Shown here: piece by piece, positions 16,973 through 24,745 of the stretch | How the letters are laid out: every line of letters begins with the position of its first letter | How positions within the stretch are numbered: the stretch's first letter is position 1 | From: an uncultured Hyphomonas sp. | GTDB lineage: Bacteria; Pseudomonadota; Alphaproteobacteria; Caulobacterales; Hyphomonadaceae | Direction of reading: 5' to 3' | NCBI GenBank assembly: GCA_964351695.1 | Contig: CAYGPE010000001.1 | Location: 85,106-117,105 of the forward strand | Length of the DNA: 32,000 nucleotides | Position numbers and translations under genes: made by a program | The notes under the pieces: model-generated | Told to the model about the DNA's origin: nothing | The model's database searches: none | What the model saw: the letters and a program-made list of their open reading frames with translations, nothing else

Positions 16973-18601
16973 CTATTCTGCAATTGGCGCGGGCGGGCAA
17001 GTAGCCACTGAGGACAGCAACAACCGCTTTGGCGCGAAGGTCAGACGTTTTTCAGTCCGTGCGACTTCGGTGCAATCTGGTGGCGGCGCTGTAAAGGCCA
17101 GTGTGTAACCAGCCCAGATATGCCGGCTGTCTGGCCGGTCCGACGTGCGACCGTCCCATGGTGCGAGCGGGTTTCTGACATAAGGGTGTACGAGATGAAC
17201 CGGATAGCCGATTAGCGAGGTATAGGTTCCCGCGGGGCTGGCAGTGACGTGCGTATCGACGGCGGCGGCAGCCCGGCGCAGGGACAGGCCCCAATAGTCT
17301 GTCTCAAAGGTTTCAGCATCGACATAGAGGCGCGAAATCTCGTTAAAATATATATAGTTATACGGAAACATTCGTACATTATCGACGATGAATACTGCGA
17401 GGCTTGCCGTCATGGCGAGGCGGGCGGTTTTATGCAGGGCAGGCCTGTTTGTCTTGATTTTGTGGATCGCGGCGACCAGCATGCAGACCAGTACCGGGAC
17501 GATAAACAAGATATGGCGCAGGCCGTCATAGACAGCCGAATTGCGCAAGATGATCAGCGCTAAGGGTACAATGACAGCGGCGGTAATTACCCGCTCCGCA
17601 GCCGTTCCGCGCAGCGCCAGATAAAGCGCAGCAGGCAGGGCGCCGAGCATCAGGACGAGGGGCCAACGCGCGCTGATCCACAGTATGAGATAGGACAGGA
17701 CTGACCAGTCATCTTTTTGCGGGGACAGGCAACTACCCGCACTTATCACGCACCCAACCCATTCATGCTGGCTCATATAGCTGATTGAAAGGATAACAAA
17801 TCGTACCGGTTCAAGCCAAGCTGGAGGCGTGATGATATAAATACCGACCAAGGTGACCAGGCTGCCAATCATCAGTGCGCGAAGGCGCGGCAGGCGCATA
17901 TCCGCCTGGAGGGCTACAAAGAGTAGTGCACTCCATTGTACAATCAGGAGCGGTGCCCCAAGAAGTTTAATTGAAGCTGATCCAATTGTCGCCGCGACGA
18001 CAAACCAAAGACCGCGATAAAAGTCGGCTTTTTCGTTGCCAAGCGCGATTATGGCGCCGTAAAGCGCTAGCACATAGAAAAAGGCTTGGGCCAGGTCTTT
18101 GTAATTAAACAATGCGTGGCCAAACCAGACTGGGTATAGCGCCAGAAACCCTGCGCCGATTAAGGCCATATTGACGTCCGCAGTCAGGCGGAGCAGTAAT
18201 TTATAGACGATGATGACTGATCCAGCGGCCCAGAGTAGGGCATTGAAATGTAGCGCCCAGCGGAACACAGCTTCATCTTGCGCGGCGTCTAAATCAAAAA
18301 AACTGTTCGCAAATCCGGTGACGATCTCTGCCGGCAAGACCGGCAGCAGGCCATAATACTCCATATTGAAATAGATATCTTCGAAATCTTTATTGAAATC
18401 ACCGCTAAGAACGGCACCAGCGAAGCGGCGTATCTCATCGAAACCATAGCGGTGAATATCCTGGTCCCATGTCTCGCCTACTAGCATTTGTGCGGCGGAA
18501 AAGACGATGAGGAGACAGGCCATTAGGAGCGCCTGTGTCGCTTTAGCGCGCGCGGCTATAAAGGTTTCGGCGAGGTGAAATAGGCGAGCGATCTGATCCA
18601 T
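16973..18601 (-). CDS. Polytopic membrane protein, GT-C-type (ArnT/PMT, GT39/83-like) glycosyltransferase candidate
   Basis: At least 10 hydrophobic helices, an acidic first loop ('FDEIRRF', 'DFEDIYF') and a C-terminal soluble domain with 'ETDYWG'. The family call is from memory. Confidence 0.5.
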   Translation of the reverse strand: MDQIARLFHLAETFIAARAKATQALLMACLLIVFSAAQMLVGETWDQDIHRYGFDEIRRFAGAVLSGDFNKDFEDIYFNMEYYGLLPVLPAEIVTGFANSFFDLDAAQDEAVFRWALHFNALLWAAGSVIIVYKLLLRLTADVNMALIGAGFLALYPVWFGHALFNYKDLAQAFFYVLALYGAIIALGNEKADFYRGLWFVVAATIGSASIKLLGAPLLIVQWSALLFVALQADMRLPRLRALMIGSLVTLVGIYIITPPAWLEPVRFVILSISYMSQHEWVGCVISAGSCLSPQKDDWSVLSYLILWISARWPLVLMLGALPAALYLALRGTAAERVITAAVIVPLALIILRNSAVYDGLRHILFIVPVLVCMLVAAIHKIKTNRPALHKTARLAMTASLAVFIVDNVRMFPYNYIYFNEISRLYVDAETFETDYWGLSLRRAAAAVDTHVTASPAGTYTSLIGYPVHLVHPYVRNPLAPWDGRTSDRPDSRHIWAGYTLAFTAPPPDCTEVARTEKRLTFAPKRLLLSSVATCPPAPIAE

Positions 18602-18746
18602 GCAAAGTCCTAGTAGAAACGATGGCCAAGGAGCAACCAGATTAGCAGCGAGGCGTTAAGTTGGCGTGTAATCGCGGCATGTATTAGTCGTGTGAAAGGT
18701 GATTAACTCGCGTTTTGAGCGAGTTATTAGGTCTTTTACAGCGTAT

Positions 18747-18774
18747 AAAAAACCCCGATGCTTTCGCACCGGGG
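18747..18774 (-). terminator. Intrinsic terminator after ctrA
   Basis: The minus strand reads CCCCGGTGC-GAAA-GCATCGGGG followed by TTTTTT. Confidence 0.8.
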
Positions 18775-18801
18775 CCTTTGTCTGCTCGGGGGAGAACAGA
18801 A

Positions 18802-19503
18802 TTAAGCGGCAACCGCTTCCTTTTTCGGTTTTGGATCACGCAGCACATAACCACGACCCCAGACCGTTTCGATATGATGCTCGCCGCCAGTTGCCAATTG
18901 CAGCTTCTTGCGCAGCTTACAGATGAAGACGTCGATAATTTTAAGCTCTGGCTCGTCCATGCCGCCATAAAGGTGGTTCAGGAACATTTCCTTGGTCAAG
19001 GTCGTGCCCTTACGCAAAGAAAGCAGCTCGAACATCTGGTATTCTTTGCCAGTCAGGTGAACGCGCTCATCGTCGACTTCGACGGTTTTCGCATCCAGGT
19101 TGACCAAAATGTCACCGGTGCGGATGACGCTTTCAGCGTGGCCTTTTGAGCGGCGAACAATCGCCGTGATACGGGCAATCAGTTCGTCTTTATTGAATGG
19201 TTTGGTCAGATAATCATCAGCGCCATAGCCGAGTGTTTTCACCTTGGCTTCAATGTCTGGATTACCAGAAAGGATCAGTACAGGTGTATTGACGCGCGCC
19301 ATGCGCAGCTGTTTCAACACATCATACCCAGAGATGTCTGGCAGAGAAAGATCAAGGATGATGATGTCATACTCGTACACTTTGCCGAGATCGACACCCT
19401 CTTCGCCAAGATCGGTTGTATAAATGTTGAAGCCAGCGGCCTTCAACATTAGCTCGATACTACGGGCGACGGCATTGTCGTCCTCAATTAACAAGACTCG
19501 CAT
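18802..19503 (-). CDS. ctrA: Cell-cycle response regulator CtrA (OmpR family)
   Basis: 'MRVLLIEDD...[21 protein letters not shown]...PVLILSG...YLTKPF' and '[52 protein letters not shown]...[13 protein letters not shown]', which is highly CtrA-like. Confidence 0.93.
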   Translation of the reverse strand: MRVLLIEDDNAVARSIELMLKAAGFNIYTTDLGEEGVDLGKVYEYDIIILDLSLPDISGYDVLKQLRMARVNTPVLILSGNPDIEAKVKTLGYGADDYLTKPFNKDELIARITAIVRRSKGHAESVIRTGDILVNLDAKTVEVDDERVHLTGKEYQMFELLSLRKGTTLTKEMFLNHLYGGMDEPELKIIDVFICKLRKKLQLATGGEHHIETVWGRGYVLRDPKPKKEAVAA

Positions 19504-19515
19504 GTTCAGCTCCCC

Positions 19516-19602
19516 GAATCAGTTTAACTTTCATCCTAGTCGTACAATTAACCATTGTGAATCTAGGTAACGAAGATTTCCGAAAGGTTAATGTTCGGAA
19601 TC
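19516..19602. promoter_or_regulatory. ctrA upstream region with CtrA half-sites and three GANTC (CcrM) sites
   Basis: TTAACCAT at 19548-19555 on the plus strand. TTAACC on the minus strand at 19586-19591. GAATC at 19516-19520, 19559-19563 and 19598-19602. The RBS GGGGAG lies 6 nt before the ATG. Confidence 0.45.
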
Positions 19603-19625
19603 GAAACGACTTTTTTATTTACTTC

Positions 19626-20426
19626 TTACAGTTCAAGGTCTTTTGCGGTTCGACCCAAAAGACTATGCGCGATGGCAATTGCATCAATGATCGGCTGAGC
19701 CGATGGCGTGGTCGAAATCAGGGTGCGCTGGCTACGAATTGCTTCGCGTACAGCCTCATCGCGCATCACAATACCGGCAAGCGCTGGGCGGAAACCAAGG
19801 AAGGTTTGGCAGGCACGGGCAATCGCTTCGAATGTCCGTTGACCTCCAGCGCGAGTCTCAGCTTGGTTAATAGCAACCACCTGTTCGACGTTTGGCGCGT
19901 AACCTTTCAGAACCTTGATGAAGGCATAAGCGTCCGTCATCGAGGTCGGTTCGTCGGTCACAACCATAACGACTTTATCAGCGGCGCGGGCTAGCCGCAT
20001 ACAATTGGCCTCAATCCCGGCGCCAAGGTCGACGATAACCTGATCATATTGAAGAGCTAGCGCAGAGAGACCTGCGGCGAGACGAGCCACTTCTTCTGAT
20101 GTCAGTTCAGCAAGTGCGCCAGACCCAGACCGGCCTGGCAGTACGTCAAAACCACCGTCGCCTGAACCGCCATCAACGGGCGTTACGGCGTCTTCAAGCT
20201 CGACCCATCCGGCGACAACAGCGGCCAAATCGGTCTCGGGCGCAATGCCCAACTGGACATCGACATTGGCAAGGCCAAGGTCACCATCAACCAGCAGTGT
20301 GCGCTTACCGGCCTGCGCGAAAGCACTGGCCAGTGTAATGGACATGAATGTCTTGCCGACGCCGCCTTTACCAGATCCGACGGCGATAATGGAGGCCGGT
20401 TCAACGCGGCGTGGAGGGGCCTGCAT
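19626..20426 (-). CDS. flhG: MinD/ParA-family ATPase FlhG (FleN/MotR-like flagellar number/placement regulator)
   Basis: Deviant Walker A 'GSGKGGVGKT' followed by 'LLVDGDLGLANVD'. I prefer the ATG at 20426 (MQAPP; AGGAG 6 nt upstream) over the track start at 20462. Confidence 0.8.
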   Translation of the reverse strand: MQAPPRRVEPASIIAVGSGKGGVGKTFMSITLASAFAQAGKRTLLVDGDLGLANVDVQLGIAPETDLAAVVAGWVELEDAVTPVDGGSGDGGFDVLPGRSGSGALAELTSEEVARLAAGLSALALQYDQVIVDLGAGIEANCMRLARAADKVVMVVTDEPTSMTDAYAFIKVLKGYAPNVEQVVAINQAETRAGGQRTFEAIARACQTFLGFRPALAGIVMRDEAVREAIRSQRTLISTTPSAQPIIDAIAIAHSLLGRTAKDLEL

Positions 20427-20463
20427 CGGTCGCTCCTGCGATTTTGGAAGTAGGAAGCTCATT

Positions 20464-21468
20464 CTAAGCAGCGCCTCTCAAAGCAACATGGGCTGGCGCG
20501 TCTTCCGTGAGAAGATGCGCAAGCCGCGAGGGTGTCGCGGGGACGAGACCACCGCCAATGAATGGCGTGACCGCAAGATGGGCGAAAGAAATTTTGGCCG
20601 CAGCAAGAGCTGAGACGATGCCGCCACGTCGGCGCGTGACATCCAGCTTGGTGATGATCGCTCGCCGGATACCGCAGCGCGCAAAGGCGCGAGCTGCTTC
20701 GGCTTGATCTTCAGGGTGGCCTTCGGCGCTAATCACGAGCACAGGCTCGGCATCAATTACGGCGATCAAGTCTTGTAAACTCGCCATATCATCTTGATCG
20801 AACGGCACAATCGCGGGCAAGTCGATGACACAACGTTTTTCGTCTTCGCGTATCTGCCTGAGCAGCGTGAACAGATCATCCGGATTTGATACGGCGCGAA
20901 CCTGATCTTGTTCGCGCTCCAGATATGCCGCCAATTGCGCGCCACCTGCGGTCGCGTCGAGGTCCGCCGCAACAGGCAAGATCTCAGAATTGGCAACTGC
21001 GGCCCGGCGCGTCAGTTTTGCAGCTGTCGCCGTGCGACCATGGCCAGGTGCGCCGACAAGCAAGACGTCTCGGGTCGGTCGCGCCAAGATCGGATCACAT
21101 GTGATCATGTTTTCCAGCGCCGCGGTTATGGAGGCGGTGGCATCCATATCGTGATAGCCGCTGGCGCTTCCTGCATCAGCGGCGCGATCAGCAAAGCGTT
21201 GCGGCGCACCGTGCCAGAGTAGGGCATCGCGAACACGGTTGCGCATTGGATTTTCAACAAGGCGCGGTGTCGGCGCTGCGCCAAGGCGTGATAGGATGCG
21301 CGATTCACTCGGCACCATGCCGCCGCCAAGTTTGTCGGTAGCCGCACGAACTTCAACACCGCCCGGAACTTCGCGCTCAGACAGGATGACAGCATCGTCC
21401 CCCATCTCGGCGAAAATCATGGCTTTTGCCGTCTCAATCGACTCAGCGGCAAACATTTTCATTCGCAT
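20464..21468 (-). CDS. flhF: SRP-type GTPase-like flagellar placement protein FlhF with degenerate G motifs
   Basis: 'MKMFAAESIETAKAMIFAEMGDDAVILSEREV' is the FlhF B-domain opening. The G domain reads 'LLVGAPGHGRTATAAKL', 'VIDLPA' and 'ITKLDV'. I prefer the ATG at 21468 (GGAG 9 nt upstream). Confidence 0.7.
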   Translation of the reverse strand: MRMKMFAAESIETAKAMIFAEMGDDAVILSEREVPGGVEVRAATDKLGGGMVPSESRILSRLGAAPTPRLVENPMRNRVRDALLWHGAPQRFADRAADAGSASGYHDMDATASITAALENMITCDPILARPTRDVLLVGAPGHGRTATAAKLTRRAAVANSEILPVAADLDATAGGAQLAAYLEREQDQVRAVSNPDDLFTLLRQIREDEKRCVIDLPAIVPFDQDDMASLQDLIAVIDAEPVLVISAEGHPEDQAEAARAFARCGIRRAIITKLDVTRRRGGIVSALAAAKISFAHLAVTPFIGGGLVPATPSRLAHLLTEDAPAHVALRGAA

Positions 21469-21565
21469 ATGATCACACTCCACTATTTGGGAACAGTGTT
21501 GCGATGTAATAGTTAACAGAGTCTGTCGATTTGTTAGCTTTTTGCGGCCAGACTTGGCTCGGCGG

Positions 21566-21838
21566 TTAACGGCCAGATTGAGCTGGCGCGCGGGGATCGA
21601 CTATTTCGCTAAGTGTGACACCAAGCTCGCCATCAGCAATTACAAGGCGTCCACGGGCCATCAGGCGGTCAGAGACATAGATATCGACAAGGTCGGAGGT
21701 GTCCCGTTCAAGTGCCAGAATTTCACCTTCGCTCATTGCCATTAAACTTTCGACAGGCATGCGGGCCTCACCTAGCACGACATCTACACGCACAGGTACA
21801 TCCATAAGGGCGTTTTCCAGCGCGCGATTCGTGGTCAT
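21566..21838 (-). CDS. fliN: Flagellar motor switch protein FliN (SpoA domain)
   Basis: 'VPVRVDVVLGEARMPVESLMAMSEGEILALERDTSDLVDIYVSDRLMARGRLVIADGELGVTLSEIV'. Confidence 0.85.
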   Translation of the reverse strand: MTTNRALENALMDVPVRVDVVLGEARMPVESLMAMSEGEILALERDTSDLVDIYVSDRLMARGRLVIADGELGVTLSEIVDPRAPAQSGR

Positions 21839-21894
21839 GCGAGGTATCTCTCTTCATCAGCGAATCACCAAAGTCAGACGGAATGGTTGCCGAC

Positions 21895-22272
21895 TTATGA
21901 ACGGCGCTCACTTTGTGTGAATAATTCTCCTTGCCCATCAATGAGCGTTCCAGCAATGCGGCGAATACTCTCAAGCGCAGTTTGGCGGTCATGCTCGTCA
22001 ATCGCGGCTTTTTCAAGATAAGCCGCAAGTTCCAAAATCGAGCCGAGTGCCACACGCAATTCGCGGCTGATCGCTTCTGCTCGTTCACTGTGCTCATGCA
22101 GCGTTTCATCGCGTATCATCTCGGCGGTAGCCTCACGCGCTTCAGCCAGCAGGGCAGCCAGATCACTGGCTGTCATATTGATCATGTCCTGCGTGTCAGC
22201 CGTTTCAGGCACGGGGGCGAAGAAATCAGCCGAGAAAGCGAACGGCTTTAGTTTTTCAATGCGCCGCTTCAT
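21895..22272 (-). CDS. Flagellar-operon protein, FlbE/FliH-like; call based mainly on position
   Basis: A 125-aa helical acidic protein. Its start overlaps the fliG stop (ATGA at 22269-22272). It occupies the slot between fliG and fliN that flbE holds in Caulobacter. Confidence 0.4.
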   Translation of the reverse strand: MKRRIEKLKPFAFSADFFAPVPETADTQDMINMTASDLAALLAEAREATAEMIRDETLHEHSERAEAISRELRVALGSILELAAYLEKAAIDEHDRQTALESIRRIAGTLIDGQGELFTQSERRS

Positions 22273-23192
22273 TCGATGAATTCCTCATCATTTGCGTCAT
22301 CTGGCAAAATGTCGCCGCGTTTAACAAGCGTTCGGGCAAGCCCAATAATCTCCATGCGCGCCGCCTCGATATCAGCGCGCCGTATTGGGCCGGAAGCTTC
22401 AATCTCGCTGCGCAATAACTCGCCTGCGCGGCTTGTCATATTCTTGAACAGGGCATCGCTGGTTGTGGCCTTGGCGCCTTTCAGAGCGGTAACCAGAACG
22501 GCGCGCTCTGTGCTCGCGAGCAAGGTCTGAATACTGGCGGGGTTCAGGGTCGCCAGATCATCGAACGTAAACATCAGGGCGCGGATGCGTTCGCCAGCGC
22601 CAGGCTCTGCAGTATCGAGCGCCGCCAAGAGACCATGTTCAGATTGCGTGTTCAGGCTGTCAAAGATGCGCGCCACATGCTCTTCGCCATGATGGCTAGT
22701 CTTGGTTGTTCCGGCTTGAAGCGCCGCGCGCAAGGCTGTTTCAATCACAGCAAGTGCCGCTGGACGAACACTGCCCAAATGCATCACTCGTTGCAGAGCT
22801 TCAGTCGCAAGACTTTGCGGCAAGGCGCGCACGGCGGTTGCAGCTGTCTCGGGCGTCAGCCGCGATAGGATAACAGCGATGATTTGGGGGCTTTCGCCGC
22901 CAATTGCGCTGGCTATTGCTGCACCTTGTGCTGGCATTAAGCCATTCCAGAAGTTTGCCCTCGCAACCGCTTGAGGTGCCGCTTCGGACATATCGCGTAC
23001 ATAAGCTCGAGCTGCTTCGGTTTCCGTTTCGGCATTCTCGGGCAAAGCGTCCATTGCGCTTGTGAGTTGCTGCGCTTCGGCAGGAGTCAAAGTCGACCAA
23101 ACGGCGTTGGCTTGCGCACCAAGCGCACGCATTAAAGCAGCGCTGCGTTGAAGCCCGGTTCTGGGCTCGGATTGTAGGGCAGGCAGGCTCAT
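22269..23192 (-). CDS. fliG: Flagellar motor switch protein FliG
   Basis: 'ESPQIIAVILSRL' (EHPQ-like), 'MFTFDDLATL', 'LVTALKGA' and 'RAGELLRSEIEASGPIRRADIEAARMEII'. I prefer the ATG at 23192, which overlaps the upstream stop as ATGA and has GGGGAG upstream. Confidence 0.85.
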   Translation of the reverse strand: MSLPALQSEPRTGLQRSAALMRALGAQANAVWSTLTPAEAQQLTSAMDALPENAETETEAARAYVRDMSEAAPQAVARANFWNGLMPAQGAAIASAIGGESPQIIAVILSRLTPETAATAVRALPQSLATEALQRVMHLGSVRPAALAVIETALRAALQAGTTKTSHHGEEHVARIFDSLNTQSEHGLLAALDTAEPGAGERIRALMFTFDDLATLNPASIQTLLASTERAVLVTALKGAKATTSDALFKNMTSRAGELLRSEIEASGPIRRADIEAARMEIIGLARTLVKRGDILPDDANDEEFIE

Positions 23193-23836
23193 CTCTGTGT
23201 CTCCCCGCTCGCGCCGATCCACGACCTTATGAGTTGTGCGGTTCCATCAGGGTCAGAGGCGGCGAGTTTTGCCGCGCGATCAATCTCAGCATCCTGCACA
23301 GGTGCAGTGCCCGCTGTTACTAGTCGTAATCCCTCATTACGCGCGGCGCGCTGGGATGTGTTTGGTTCGGCGCGTTGTGTGACAGGTTGCTGAGGCGGAA
23401 CGATCAGCATTGTTGTTAAGACGAGGCAAAGTAAGCTTAGGCTGATCAATTCTGTGAGTTGAAGCGGTGACAAAGTTGGCTGCGTTCCAGCCGCAAACGC
23501 AATCGGTGTAATCGTTATTTTGCTGGCGGCATCCCCAAAGGTGTTGGCGGTGATGGTTTCGACTGTTTCAACCAGTCCGGGTTGGAGCCGGGATTGATCA
23601 AGCAAGACAATAATCGTACGCTCTGCTTCACCGGATACCGAAACGCGGACGGCGCCCTCGCCAATGACGGGTTCGAGAATATTGGTTAGGGATTGTTCGG
23701 CGGCATTTGTGAAGGTTGCCTTCGGTGGGCCATCGACGAACAGGTCAAACGCGCGCAAACAAAGCACCCCCGAAGCCACAAAAAGGGCGACGAGGGCGAG
23801 TAGACGCGTGGTGGGTATTTTATTGGCACTTGCCAT
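23189..23836 (-). CDS. Short FliF-like protein: two TM helices, one RBM-like periplasmic domain and a FliF-type C-terminal tail
   Basis: TM1 is 'LLALVALFVASGVLCL'. The periplasmic segment 'LTNILEPVIGEGAVRVSVSGEAERTIIVLLD' resembles a ring-building motif. TM2 is 'LISLSLLCLVLTTMLIV'. The tail 'SDPDGTAQLIRSWI' resembles the FliG-binding end of FliF. It is only 215 aa, compared with about 530-560 aa for FliF. Confidence 0.55.
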   Translation of the reverse strand: MASANKIPTTRLLALVALFVASGVLCLRAFDLFVDGPPKATFTNAAEQSLTNILEPVIGEGAVRVSVSGEAERTIIVLLDQSRLQPGLVETVETITANTFGDAASKITITPIAFAAGTQPTLSPLQLTELISLSLLCLVLTTMLIVPPQQPVTQRAEPNTSQRAARNEGLRLVTAGTAPVQDAEIDRAAKLAASDPDGTAQLIRSWIGASGETQR

Positions 23837-23884
23837 TCGGCCTCAACCTCTCGTCGTCGCCTGCAAAACAGGTTTCTGACGCTT

Positions 23885-23915
23885 GATAGCGGAGGCCGTG
23901 TAAACGCCGGTTTAA
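23885..23915 (-). promoter_or_regulatory. Candidate CtrA-dependent class II flagellar promoter
   Basis: The minus strand reads TTAA-ACCGGCG-TTTA, which has one mismatch to TTAA-N7-TTAA. GCTATC (-10-like) follows 10 nt later. It lies 50-80 nt upstream of the fliF-like ATG. Confidence 0.3.
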
Positions 23916-23936
23916 CGCGGCGTCGAGACAGGCAGT

Positions 23937-24251
23937 TTAGCGGTACTGCTGGAGGCGGGTTGCGCGCAGGCCTTTGCGGCCGTGCTTGCTGTAGAGTTTG
24001 CGCCAGCCAGCGAATTCTTCTTCACTGAGGTCGTAGCGATCGCATGCGGCCTGTTCGCTAAGCAATCCGCCTGAAACGGCGGCGACAACTTCGGCCTTAC
24101 GACGCGTGACCCAGCGGGTGATGCCGGGTTTGGGGAGATCTTCAAGGGTGATTACGCGGCCATCCGGGCCGGTCACGCTGCGATTGAGTGCATTCTGCGC
24201 CATGTTCTTATCCACTATTCCTGCTTCATTGAAGCTACGTTCTGTAGCCAT
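23937..24251 (-). CDS. sciP: SciP-like small HTH protein (DUF1153; CtrA inhibitor family)
   Basis: 'GPDGRVITLEDLPKPGITRWVTRRKAEVVAAVSGGLLSEQAACDRYDLSEEEFAGWRKLYSKHGRKGLRATRLQQYR' closely resembles Caulobacter SciP as I recall it. An alternative start is the ATG at 24203. Confidence 0.75.
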   Translation of the reverse strand: MATERSFNEAGIVDKNMAQNALNRSVTGPDGRVITLEDLPKPGITRWVTRRKAEVVAAVSGGLLSEQAACDRYDLSEEEFAGWRKLYSKHGRKGLRATRLQQYR

Positions 24252-24274
24252 GACACCGTTTTACAGGATGCGGA

Positions 24275-24289
24275 TTAAGGGCAGTTTCA
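24275..24289. promoter_or_regulatory. Imperfect CtrA-box-like motif upstream of sciP
   Basis: TTAA-GGGCAGT-TTCA. It lies only 24 nt from the first ATG, so the second ATG or a leaderless transcript would be implied. A 10-bp perfect palindrome GTTTGCAAAC lies at 24350-24359. Confidence 0.2.
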
Positions 24290-24433
24290 ATTCGATCTGT
24301 GAATTTTCATCAAAATTCGACGGGTTCTTGGAGATGGCGTTAGGAGTGCGTTTGCAAACCTGTTCCGGAATGGGGCAGTCTGTAATGCCTGCTACAGATC
24401 TAGGCCTGAAGTGTGGCGAAGCCCGTGCAATGA

Positions 24434-24745
24434 TCAAAGCTCAGACCATAGTCCTCGCGGTACGATCTCACTTATAATACGGTCCCAGACGCTGGTTTTA
24501 GAAATTTCGCAAACATTGTCGCCGATGGCAAAGCCGAAGGATTTCAGCCGGGGAGACGCGTCAAAGTCTTCTTTCGTAAGTATAGCGCGGGGGTAATGGC
24601 TTAATAGCTCGCCGGTCTCAGGATCCGTCTCGGTGATTTTGAACGCCAGTAGCGCCTCGCAAGCGCGATCAACATGCTTGCTCTGGTTCGCAAACGTAGC
24701 GCCCTTTTTAGCGGCTCGCTTCCGCGAGCTATCGGACGTCAGCGC
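24434..24745 (-). other. C-terminal ~100-aa domain of unknown function (aa 1160-1262)
   Basis: It follows a basic linker 'SSRKRAAKKG'. It holds the only two Cys residues of the roughly 1000-aa extracytoplasmic part (C1187 and C1238). Confidence 0.4.
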
